Part shown: positions 12,397 to 23,120 of the stretch, one piece after another
How positions within the stretch are numbered: position 1 is the stretch's first letter
Layout of the letters: each line of letters opens with the position of its first letter
Origin: Euglena gracilis
Taxonomy: Eukaryota
DNA length: 64,000 nt
Direction of reading: 5' to 3'
Assembly (NCBI GenBank): GCA_039621445.1
Contig: CP154954.1
Coordinates: 23,076,954 to 23,140,953 of the forward strand
The notes under the pieces: model-generated
Databases searched by the model: none
The model's input: only the letters and a program-made list of their open reading frames with translations
Told to the model about the DNA's origin: nothing
Translations under genes and position numbers: made by a program

Positions 12397-13489
12397 ATAC
12401 CCCAGGCTTACAGGCCACAGGTCCATGGACCATGTTCTGACCTTTCCATGAGGCCTATAGGCCCTGTATTCGGTATCCATCCCAGGCACATCTGCCATTC
12501 TGTATTTTCATTACTATATGGCCCCCCTCTCTTTTGGGCTACCGCCCGTCTATCGAGGTATAAGCCTCCGGGGATCCCCCATCGACAACATCGTGTCCGC
12601 GCCGCGCTGCGAAGCCTTCCCTCAGCGGTATATGCCGCCAGTAAGAAGACACACAGCGCACAGCGCGCACACCGTAATAATAGCTCCCAACTTGTTACTT
12701 TTCGGCTATAAGGCCACATAAGACTGCCAGACAGCAAAACTTCTACTAAGGTCTTTTGACCAGCCCCCCCACTCCTCTCTCCTTTACCACCCAGGGCAAA
12801 ATATCGCTGTCGCCGGCAGTTGGTTTTGTAAATAGGTCTTTCTCCCTGGCCAGATATGACTGGCCAGGTGCCCCCTCCTTCCACACCCTACCCTACAATC
12901 TTTTCCGATTATGGAAAGAGACCTCCCCGCGTGTCATAGACACACCCCAAACTGGGTGGATGGGACTTTCTGGAATGGAAACCTTCCAGCCCCATTTTCC
13001 AACGGGCCTTTCCACTTTCACCCCTTTGCCGCAATAAGTAGGCACCGCATAAGCGGTTAACCACTTTTGCGCGTTCTTGCGTTATTTCGCCATTTCCTTC
13101 CCACACCCCTGGTGACAGGAGACCAAAAGCCGCAAACGGCTCTGTGACAGGTCCCCGTCCCCAGGACTGTGTCTGGCATTCCGACTGGCCTGGTCCAGTA
13201 GGGAAATCGGGCATAGCCCTGGGAGGGGGACGTGTACCAGGCAGCCGTAAGGCCATGGTACTGTGTATGTAGGTATAAGCCTACGGCCAGATATAGCTCT
13301 GAGCCCCATACACAGTATTATGCTAGGTGGTATTCCTACAGATGGTCAACGGCCTGAATTAGGAATACCTAAGCCTAATTCTGGTTCTCCTCTCACAGGT
13401 GGTATTTTAATCCATTCTGGTCTTTGATTCAAGACTTGATTTTCAAGTTCGATTTTTCTCATTATGAAGTCCTGACAGGACACCCAAGT

Positions 13490-16270
13490 CACTTGGCACT
13501 TTTCCTTGTCGTAGCCCATAGGGCTTCTGCCCCGTCTTGTGCTCTGCCTCTTAATTGGTGAAAAGGGCGAACAACTTTCATATCATTCTTTTCAATTTTT
13601 CTGTTACTCCAACTTTTATTCATTTGCGCACCAAAGGGCGAAAGCGAGGAAAAGGTTGGACGTACACTAATATGCCTTTCCTCTTTCCCGTCAACCTGAA
13701 AAATGACCAAATCTGGGACTCGGCATTTTTTATGTGACGTCCCACCAAAAATCTTTCCACCAAAAAGGTGAAAATGTCTTTGGAACAGGGGATAGTGTAC
13801 TTGCACCAAAAACCCGGACACAAACGGTTTGAAAAACCCTCCACCATTCCCCAAATACGAGCGGGCTTTTTGTAGTCAAACGGACTACATTGACAAAAAT
13901 CAACGTTCAAAAAAATAAGCACTTTCAAAAATTAACGGTCCTTCATAAGGCCGTTTCGGGGAATTTTTAAAAAAAATTCTGGGGGTTGCAAAAATTGGGT
14001 GTTCGAAAGTGTCATTTTTTTGTGAGAAGCGGCATACGCCAAATTTCTTTCACACATGGTGGGGTCTTGACCATATTTCGTTTTAGGCACGGATGCAAAA
14101 GTCAAGTCCACCCCCCCCCTCCAGATTTTTTTCCTGTAAAAAACTTCAAAATAGTTTTGTATTTTTGACCCAAAAATTCGCTGGAGTTTGTCCAGAAAAG
14201 TGTTTGACTGTGGCGCAAATATTTTCTGAAACAAATTTGCGCTGGGGGCACTTGAACAAAATTGCTACCCCTGGAACGTTGGCCACCACTTTTTCCTTGG
14301 GCAGTTTCCCAACCTTTGTCATTAACATTGGTCGTCCCGTCCCCCATGCCTCGTCCTCCCCCCCATGTGCATGGGCCCCAAAACTGGTTGTGGGGGGAGC
14401 TTGATTTGCATCCAGAATTTTTGTCCAAGTTAGAGGTATTATTCCCAACCTCACCAACACTTAAACGGTGCTCTGATTACACAGGTTGTGTGGTTGGGGT
14501 TTGGGAGCGGTGCTTCTTTCACCTCTGAAGAATTTTTTGACAACGCCCCCCTTTCTTGAAAATTTCTGGTCAAATTCTGAGATAAATTCTCGTTCCGCGT
14601 TTTCTGAATGAATTTGGTCCCCCCCCATACAATCGGGGGGTTGACTCGTTTCAGGGGGGGGGGGCACCTGGCCCTTTAAATTCCATCCCCCCTCCGTTTG
14701 TTCAAGACATCCTTGTGTCATTCCCACGATTTGAGCGGGGGGGAAATGAAAATCGCTGGGGGAATGCAGCAATTTTTGTCTAAATGACCACCCATTTAGA
14801 AGAAGAAAGAAGAAAAGAAGCGAAATTTTATCCCTTGCCAACTCCTTTCTGATTACTTCTTCGTTTTGGCTTTCATTCCTCCTTTCTTTGTGAAAAATCT
14901 GGGGAAATTCCCGTCTTAGTACATGACAGGTGTCCGCATGAGATGGAGATTTGAAAAAATTCTGAATCGTCGAAAATTCTGCCTCAAAATGTTTCCAATC
15001 CTCCCCAAAAAACGTTGTGGAAACTCTGGAACGTTTTTGTGCAAAATTCAGCCAACAAAAAGAAAATTCAGGCCTGTGACCTGAAAATCTGTTGATTGTT
15101 GCCTCATTTTCCACCATACCCCAAAACGGGGTACCAAGAAAAATTGAAATGTGGCAACCAAAAACGGTGCCTTCCCCCATCATCCCTACCCCTGCCCCCA
15201 TCCCTGTGAGCAAAATTTGCACCAGGGCCATCACAGATGGAAATTTTTCGTGAGTTTCAACAGAAAATTCCAATACGCTTAGTTGGGGGGCATTCGAAAG
15301 GGGTATTGTTTGTGAGGCTGTTACTTCCAAACTTACGGAAGGAAATCCACCATTCTGGGGGAACCCAAAACAGAGTGAGGGGGGTAAAAACTTTTGTGGG
15401 TTGGGTAATGGGAACGTGCAAAGTGTGGCTTTGCCAACGGGGGGTAGATAACACCTTATGGTGCTCCTCCTCTTTGGGCAAGGCCACCACTACAGCACTG
15501 TTACCCAAAAAAGCCGCTCCCCCTACCTCTGGGTCTCGGTTGCCCGAGTAGGGAGCGACGGGGTGAAAAATTTGAAAAATTTGAAAAACCAACCCACTCA
15601 CTCTCTCTCTGGGCTTCGCCTTCTCATTCCTTCAGGTCCCAACCCAGGCCTTCTCATCGCTTCATGTCCCAACCGTGGTTCCAACCCACAGCTCAGTCCC
15701 AACCCATAGCTCGTGGGTGGGGTACTCGTCGCTGCACTGGGTGCTCCTGGGCCCCCCTGCACCGCCACCACAGCGGTGCGGGGGAGTGGGCCCCCGGACG
15801 ACGCCACCACAGCGACGCCGGGGGTCTCCCTTCCCGGGGTGTGAAAACAGAATTTGCGGCCAGTGATCTGGGCAGGGGGAAAAAACTGTGCAGGTTGACG
15901 CCCTTCCGCAATAAACTGGGATTGTGTTCGTTTGAAAATTCTGGACCCTCCAATTGAGAAAAGCTTTGCTCAATCCCAATCACCAAATGTGGAAATTTCT
16001 ACAAAACCTTTAATTTTCAGCAAAACTGCCTGAAACGGCGTTTGATTTGAGTTTTCCAAAACCCAAAGCGGGTGATTTCTCGTCAAAAAGTTCTTGCCTT
16101 TTGGCGCTATTGTCCAAAGTTAAATTGGGCTGGAATCCGGCTGAATTTTTTTTGATCACGTTTGACCAAAGCGGTTTCCATTTTTGAATCTGGGGGATCT
16201 GAAGTTTTTCCAACTTTGCCCAGGGAAAATGAAAACATTCTTCACCCAGCACTTCAAACTGAGATTTGAC
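13490..16270 (-). mobile_element. Heavily eroded family B-like element: LTR-like part, gag remnant and C5-MTase remnant
   Basis: ASVPKTKY...RNLAYAA...IPRNGLMKDR and VDFCQCSPFDYKKPARIWG align with the B1 MTase (AGVPCTEY...RNLEGAD...PRHGLLRKR; VDYCQFSDWVYQKPTRIWG). DWKHFEAEF resembles the B gag. aacccactcactctct at ~15591 resembles the B1 LTR. Confidence 0.6.
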
Positions 16271-17078
16271 AATGTAACGTAAACATTTTATTGTGTCACA
16301 TTGCGCAAGATGCTTAAAGCAAAAAAAAGGAATTTTTGATATAAAATTTTATGGTTTTCTTTGGCGGAAATTTTTCCCTCACGGGGGGGGCATAAAAATC
16401 TTCTGAGAGGGGGGGGGTGGTCGAATTTTTGTTGGTCGCTGGCGACCGATTGCTCCGACCACCAAAGGTCGCTAGCGACCACCAAAAGTTCCATGGCCAA
16501 TTTCCCTTTCGGGGGTGCTGATGCCCCCCGGAATTGACGACCCCCCCCCAATTGAACCCCCCCTACTGGCATAGGAAAAATGACATCCGGGAAAAATAAC
16601 ATCGGAGCCGCTTTCAGATGTTATTTAGTAAGATGACAATGTTCATTTTCTCCGGTGGTAAAGTGGGTAGGATGTGGAACGACGAACACGAACGACTGTG
16701 ACAATCATTGTCACGACGAAGCTATCCATCAATTCAAAACTTGCCTTTTTGAAGGAAAGAATGTCCTTGCCTTTTTGAAGTAAAGAATGTATGGTTTCCT
16801 GGGTTATGCTCTGGATACTGGCATACCGGGCGCTATTTGTTTGTGTCGGGATTAGCCAGGGATTGCAATATTTCTCGACCCCCCTCCTGGACCGGGGGGG
16901 AGTCCGACCCCCCCACCTGTCTGAAGCCCACACTGGTCAAGTGTGGGGTGTGTGTGGGGGCGACTGTGGCCAGTCTCCCCCCCAGATTATTTTTTTCAGA
17001 TGTTATTTTTTTCCAATAACAGTGATTGACCAAAAGGGGGTTCCCGTGAGAGGTCCCACGGTCAGTTGGGGGAGGGTT

Positions 17079-17389
17079 CAGGGTTCGATATGAGGGGAGG
17101 AGGTGGAGTGGACTGGACCCCCCCTGCGGGCCAGGAGTGGGGGACACCCCCCCCACCTGGTGACCGAAATTTTTTGACCCCCCAAAGCGACCAAAAGTGC
17201 CATTTTGGCCACTTTTGGGCAAAAATTGTCAAAAATGCAAAAAAAATTCGGCGCAAAGCGCCGGAGGAAAAAATTGACCCTTTTTTGGGGGGGTCCCGGG
17301 TACCCCCCGAGGGTTGGTCCGGACCTTGCAGGTGGGGGGGGTGTCCCCACCTAAACCATGTACGCACGCCCTCCTTATATCGAACCCTG
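17079..17389. mobile_element. MITE, hAT-like termini
   Basis: TIR CAGGGTTCGATAT...ATATCGAACCCTG; the internal ttcggcgcaaagcgc motif resembles one in the 18405-19083 element; no clean TSD. Confidence 0.55.
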
Positions 17390-18404
17390 GGGGGAGGTGG
17401 TAGGCAGCTCCACTGAATACAAAAAATCTGAAGCCGTATGGTGGCAAAAAAAAAACAAAAAGACAAACAGCGTGAGACGGTTTGGTTCAGGCTGTCAGTA
17501 CAACAGGACAACTCTGGGCAGTCGACTGACCCTACGGTATGACCTTGTTTCGCTCAAGGTTATCACCAAACCGGAAGTCAGGGTCATTCACTCTCGGGGA
17601 AAATGGAGAAATCATGAACGAACGAATACATGCTTCCCACAGTCAAGCTTTCAGTTGGTTTCAGGTTCATTTCATGGGGGGAAAATGACGCAACAGGGTC
17701 ATTCAAAATTTTCTGAAGAGATGGATGATTGAATGGCGGCTGCCCAGTGCTGGAACCCAAAAGTGGTGAAGCTGGCTCGGACAGAGGCACTTGTTCAGGC
17801 ACGCAATTTATCACCACACCGGAGGCACTGAACCAGTCATCACACCAGCGGTTGTTTCTTCAGGACAAAACCAGCCACAAACCTCCAAAAATGGCGGTTT
17901 GAAAATCGGAAAGCAAAAAAAAGGTCTCCCCGAAACGGGGAGTGGCGGTATCAACCACCCCACCCACCACCCTGGCTGTTTGGGCGACTCCGCTCTGAGG
18001 TGTCAGCAGCGGTGGATGGTTGGGAAGCCTTGAAGGGGGACCCCGACACGTGGGGTCGGTCGGATCCCCCCTCCTACGTCGAAACTGAGGGGGGCCGAAA
18101 ACTTTTCGATTTTATGGACAGGCAAAGGGACGGAAATCACGTCGAAACCGGTCAAAAATTTCTGATTTTTCTTTGAAAATCAACTCAAAAATGCTCATTG
18201 AACATTTTTATGGGGGGAAATTCAAGGGGCATTTTTGCTCATTTAATGCAATTTTTTGCACCTGTCAAGGCCCCTGCCAACATCTAGGACGGGGTTGGTC
18301 CTGCCACCTTAGTCTCCAGGGGTGGCCCTGCCACCCACCTAAAAACCGAAGGGCTTCCCATCCATCCCTGGTTGTCAGCTCCTTTGTCCTGGTAATGTTG
18401 GGAT

Positions 18405-19083
18405 CAGGCTTCCTTTTGAAGTCATCTGTCCCCCCCTGGGGGGAGGTGGCGGGTCAGAGGGACCCCCGGGGAGGGGGGGGGGTCCCGCTCCGGAGGCGCT
18501 GGGTATTCCCTTTCGGCGCGAAGCGCAGAAAATTTGGTACTTATCTGTTATCGTACGACGGACCCCCCCCCTTTCGGTTATGGTACGACACCATTTTTCT
18601 GGGTTATTATGGGGTTATTGAAGGAGTAGGGTTAGGTGCGCTCATGCTACAGTGCGCTACATGGCCATGTTGCGCTACATTGCCACGTTGCGCTACATGG
18701 CCGTGTAGCACAACATGGCCATGTAGCGCTATTATGGGGTTATTGAAGGAGTAGGGTTAGGTGCGCTAATGGCCATGTTGCGCTACATGGCCACGTTGCG
18801 CTACACGGCCATGTAGCGCAACGTGGCCATGTAGCGCAACGTGGCCATGTAGCGCAAACGTGCATGTGCGCACCTAACCCTATTCCTTTAATTAACCCTA
18901 AATAACCCAAAAAAAGGGTGTCGTACCATAACCGAAAGGGGGGGGGTCCGTCGTACGATAACAGATGAGTACCGAAAATTTTAGTTGCCTCAGCCTTTAA
19001 CGGCCCGATTTTGCGCGGGGTCCCCGCGCCACCCTGGTTGGGTGGGACTCCCCTCCCCCCCAGGGGTCTCAAAAAGAAGCCTG
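18405..19083. mobile_element. hAT-like MITE (host of the nested Merlin-like MITE)
   Basis: TIR CAGGCTTCCTTTTGA / TCAAAAAGAAGCCTG; 8-bp TSD GTTGGGAT (18397-18404) / GTTGGGTT (19084-19091), 7 of 8 matching. Confidence 0.7.
18536..18973. mobile_element. Merlin-like foldback MITE
   Basis: ~105-bp inverted arms starting GGTACTTATCTGTTATCGTACGACGG; perfect 8-bp TSD GAAAATTT (18528-18535 / 18974-18981); GGTAC fits the Merlin GGNRM terminus; internal 18-bp repeats TGCGCTACATGGCCATGT. Confidence 0.8.
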
Positions 19084-19335
19084 GTTGGGTTTCAATTGTA
19101 CACCATCCTGGTTCCTCAAGGGGGGTCTTCTGACTGAGGCTGAGAAGAAAAATGCTGTTTCTCATGTTTTGAAACCCCAAAATGTTGCACTTTTCGGCTT
19201 CTGCCACCCCTGGGCCCGACATGCTTTCAAAACTGGTCAGTACACATACCCGCTGGTAACACTGAAACTTTATCTAGACGACGAACAAGTGCCTCAATTC
19301 CAGTTTCAAAAAAATACAGTGGAGCTTATATGGGC

Positions 19336-20078
19336 TCACTTCTGGTCCCTCCTCTTGGAGTACATCTCCACACCTTCACCAGTCATTTCAACAACCATGT
19401 TTGCCCGCTTAATACCAGCAGCCTTGGAGCGGTCATAGTACTCCTGGTTGTTCCCACCAGATCCGATGTCTGGGTTGCCAGCAGTCTTCACGTACAGGAT
19501 GACCAAGAAGAAGGTTGGCAAGGCAATGAACAAGGCTGTGGCGATTGGCGCCTGAGAGTTCGTCTGCATGGCCCAGGCGGGTTGCGCAGCCAACATTGTT
19601 GCAGCTGGAAGAGCACCCTTGGTGTACACATCCACGGGGGCTGAAAATGAGAGGAGGAACACATTTGTAAACGACGCTCATACACACCAATGGTTGGAAC
19701 ACGCTGGACCGCTGCCCTGGCCTTGTATGCGATGGCCCCGACCAATGCACCGGTGGCAGCGGCAATGCCCGCAGCCCAGCCATTGACTCCCTGTGCCTGG
19801 GGAGCTGTGTAAACAGTCTCCACCATTTCGTCAACGGGAGCCTCCTCCACGGTGTTCACAGACATCTCGTTGGTGGCGGCCATCTGGCTGATGGGGGCTT
19901 GCACCACTGCCGGCTGGAGAGTGGTCGCAACAGGGGCATAAAGGGTGGTCTCGGCGGAGGTGGAGAAGGCGATGCCAGCGGTAACACCAACGGCCAAGGA
20001 TGCAGTAGCAACCAAGGCAACCACAGCAGTGGTGCTCCACGCCTTGCCCTCCAAGTTCTGGTATCCAGCACGTTGCAT
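19336..20078 (-). CDS. psbM: Nucleus-encoded photosystem II subunit PsbM precursor, 231 aa, exons 20078-19688 and 19640-19336
   Basis: Mature part MQTNSQAPIATALFIALPTFFLVILYVKT matches the PsbM consensus ([29 protein letters not shown]). It is preceded by an AWA lumenal cleavage motif and an N-terminal presequence with two hydrophobic segments about 60 aa apart. Splicing joins VPTI-A-PVDVY in frame (391+305=696 nt). Confidence 0.92.
19641..19687 (-). other. 47-nt conventional GT-AG intron of psbM
   Basis: GTGTGTATGAG...TTCCTCCTCTCATTTTCAG; removing it restores the reading frame between ORFs 19488-20120 and 19336-19662. Confidence 0.88.
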
Positions 20079-20089
20079 TTTTAAGTGGT

Positions 20090-20118
20090 CTGTTTGGGAA
20101 AACGTGGAGGAGAAATCC
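20090..20118 (-). promoter_or_regulatory. Polypyrimidine tract + CAG, likely spliced-leader trans-splice acceptor of psbM
   Basis: ggatttctcctccacgttttcccaaaCAG|accacttaaaaATG: the AG lies 11 nt before the start codon. Confidence 0.6.
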
Positions 20119-20124
20119 ACTCAG

Positions 20125-20846
20125 TCACCTCTGCATTTTCCTAACCTGCGGTCGCCGCCGTTTTGACAGGCCAAAAGCTTTGTCCTGAACCTGGCACAGC
20201 GAGCTGGCTTTCCTGCACGTCGAGAAGAAAAAGCTGAGGACGGAACTCGACCGGGCGATGTTTTCATCACTCGATTTGACGCAAATGGACCCGCAGCCAT
20301 TGATGTCACAGTCAGACACCCACTAGCACCCTCCAGGTCACCTCCAGCTCAGGTGGACAATTGGCACACTCGACAGGAAGAAGACAAAATTGCCAAGTAT
20401 GGGGACCCTTGCATGCGACGAGGCTGGACATTTATCCCACTGGTGATGGACTGCTACGGTGGCATGAGTGAAGCAGGCCAAGGATTCGTCTCCACATGCA
20501 TCCGCCTCCAAACAAGCCAACATAACGGCTGGGAGAGGCGGGGTGTGGAGGCCAGTGCAGGGCAGGGACTTGGAATGGCTTTGATGCGCGAGTTGGCAAG
20601 ACAACTGGCATGGGGACAGTGCCGTGAGCAACTACTTGATTGCAATAGCGGTGGTACGCATTCCCCATACTTTTGAGTGTGACTTCATCCAGTGCACCGA
20701 CCACCTCTACCACCTTCGGTGGCCCACACAGAGCAATGGCCATGAGGCCAGCTTTCTCACCTCCACTCTCGGACGGCTCTGAAACAACCCCAGGCACAAA
20801 TCAGCCACTCTCGGACGGCTGTGAAACCGCCCCAGGCACAAATCAG
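20125..20846 (+). mobile_element. 5'-truncated non-LTR retrotransposon (CRE/SLACS-like), restriction-like endonuclease C-terminus + 3' UTR
   Basis: Frame 20170-20676 reads LAQRAGF...RPGDVFI...AIDVTVRHP...EEDKIAKYG...WTFIPLVMDCYGG...ELARQL, the typical RLE signature; two 42-bp tandem repeats at 20763-20846. Confidence 0.8.
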
Positions 20847-21185
20847 CCAACCAGCCAATGACACAAACACGCCTACAGTGGCAGGCAAAGCACACACTCC
20901 CCCCCACCCCCCCCCCCGCCGCCGTATATATTGAAGATGGGACTTTCCCATTTTCCTCTAACCATGGACCGCAGGACGGGCACGGCACTCCGTACAACCT
21001 TTATGTACTTTACACCCATAGTATCTACCGGCGACCTGTGGCCGCACAGGGAGTCATGAGGAGTTTCTCCTTGTGGCGAGGGCCAAAAGAGACATCTCCC
21101 TGGGCCCGGGGCACGGTCTGGGTGAAGCTGTGCTACCCGCCGTGTTGTTGTTATGTTGTGTACAGGCCAAAAAAAAATTTGACAG

Positions 21186-21510
21186 GCCATCGAACACCCG
21201 CTGGCACCCTCACGATGGCCCCTGAACTTAACCCGAGTTCAACGTGCTTTACCGGATGCTGAAATGCACAAACGATCCCAAGCTGAAGATCGGTGCGCCC
21301 GCCACCAATGGGAGTACATTGGAGCCCTTTAACCCCTGGGGGTGCACGGGGCCAGCAGCCTCCAAACTCCTCCGTGATGTTCTCCGCCTCGCAACCAACT
21401 CGTACTCTGGAACATCCAAACAACAAAGGTTTCAAGAATTGACTTAGAACTTGGCCATCACGCTGGCCCGCGCAGTAGCACGGCAGCTGCGGGTGGCCGA
21501 AAGAGCCTCC
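21186..21510 (+). mobile_element. Second, diverged CRE-like RLE C-terminal fragment
   Basis: IEHPLAPSR...AEMHKRSQAEDRC..HQW, then (frameshift) FNPWGCTGPAASKLL...NLAITLARAVARQL; HPLAPSR and ARQL are shared with the 20.2-20.7 kb fragment. Confidence 0.65.
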
Positions 21511-21639
21511 AGAATTCATCACGCTTCCACCCTTCCCCCGGAGGATTCCGGCTGAATGAAGGTTTAGTGATTTGAGTTTTGTGCAGTGGTTGATGCTTGA
21601 AAAGTTGAAGTGGATGTTGCCTGCCACTGGGTGGGAAGA

Positions 21640-23120
21640 CAAAACCCAAGGCAAAGGAAAAACCGAAGGCGAAGCCGAAGCCGGCAAAAAGGAGGCCCGG
21701 CGTCGGGATTCGGAAAAGGTGTAGATTGCGAAAAGAGCCCGCACTCTGGTGCCACCCCTGTTTCACGGTGGGCAGGAAATTGAGCAAGGCAAAAAATTGA
21801 AAAAATTTGTCTCAAGTACAAAAACGACTGGACTAGGGAGCGTTGGAAACGTTTTGAGACAGATTTTCTCAGGTTGCGAAGTTTTGCGAAAGATGTGACC
21901 GAGGCCAACGGATATCGGTACCTAAGACGGGAAATGCCCAAAATTTTCAACAAGAAAATTGTTAGGGAATAAGAACAAGGAGGTGATTTTTTTTAACGTG
22001 GTTCACGTAAGAAAGGTGACTGTGGTGTCATCAAGGGAGAAAAGTTTGCTTCTTTCAGCCAATGGAAGAAATTTGTCAAATGTTCAAAAATTGCAAGTTT
22101 CCTCTAAAGAATATCAACTACCCCCCACGGAAATTATGGGAATGACGCACAAAATGGCTCTCGAAAAAGGAGCAAGCTGTTCCACTTAAGCGGCGTGGTT
22201 CCCCCCCGGAACGGAATCAAACAAGCCCAATGCATGAGGGTGACAGAATTTGCACGGGAACGAAAAATGAGAATTTTTCTCAAAATTCTCAAACGAGTGA
22301 AAGTGCCCCCCAACTTGTTTCTTTCGTTCGGACCCCTCTTTTTACTTTCGTTTTTTAAAATCTCCCCGAGGTTTTTCTTAGTGGAGGAGCGTTAAGGGGT
22401 CCTTAACCAACAATTTGGCCTAAAATGGTCCTGGGGCTTGGAAAATCACTGAAATTCCCATTTTGTGTTTCCGTCGGATTAAAAGTTCGGAAAAGGTTCT
22501 GTGGGTAGGCCTTTGCCTTTGAAGCCTGAACCCGTATTTTGTCATTACCGGCCTTAAATGGCAAAATTTACTGGACCAGTTGGCCGAAAGTTTCCGGTCG
22601 GGAGGAACAGAGCAAATTCCTCGTTAAGCACACCCCCAAATCGAACGACACAATTTCTAAGTCAATCTCACACACGGTTCTTCTTTACCCCTCTGACAAG
22701 TACTTTCACAAAATTTTCCACCTGTTTGGTTTGTTGTTCACAAGATTTTTTATTGTCAGCCTACAATAATAAACTCCAGGGAAGATTTCCAGGGGAAACA
22801 GTCAAGGATCTAAAAAAAAAATGTACAAAGGTAAGCAGTGCCGGCGGGTCGAACCGAAAGCCGAGGCCGGCGGACCGCAAGCCCAAAGCCGGGCAAGTCA
22901 AACACCTTTAGCGAAAAGTCCTTCGCTATGGACAAAGTGGTTTGGCATCCGCCCATTACACATTTTGGCATCCGCTATTTATATATTTTGTCAAAAGTCC
23001 ATGCTATGGACAACATCTTGGAAATCTTTGTACATCATCCTTTAGAAGGTATTTACAGAAATGTGAATGTTGTTTCGTTTGTTCCATGGTTGCTAGTCTT
23101 GTTGTATATAACCAACAAAA
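21640..23120 (+). mobile_element. Very eroded gypsy remnant (possible Dam-like, RNase H end and integrase-ZF scraps)
   Basis: TGPVGRK...SKFLVKHTP..NDTISKSIS...YPS resembles the B RNase H end (SGPVGRRARW..FSKYDLTVGYIP..NTIADILSRWAYPAS); DWTRERW...FAKDVTEANG resembles the B Dam C-terminus. Confidence 0.35.

Noticed and set aside
12400-13480. Minus-strand ORFs (12408-12884, 12909-13256) as a tyrosine recombinase or host gene
   Set aside because: No RHRY or other recognisable motif; multiple stops; left unassigned.
17420-17900. Possible host exon(s) between MITEs
   Set aside because: No recognisable protein motif or convincing splice pair.
18650-18856. CRISPR-like repeat array
   Set aside because: Contiguous 18-bp units with no unique spacers, inside a MITE, in eukaryotic DNA; no cas genes.
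20112-20126. Relic spliced leader (ACTGAGTGGATTT resembles the Euglena SL core CTGAGTGTCTATTT), implying a retrocopy
   Set aside because: Only about 7 matching bases, and the gene keeps an intron and an AG acceptor.
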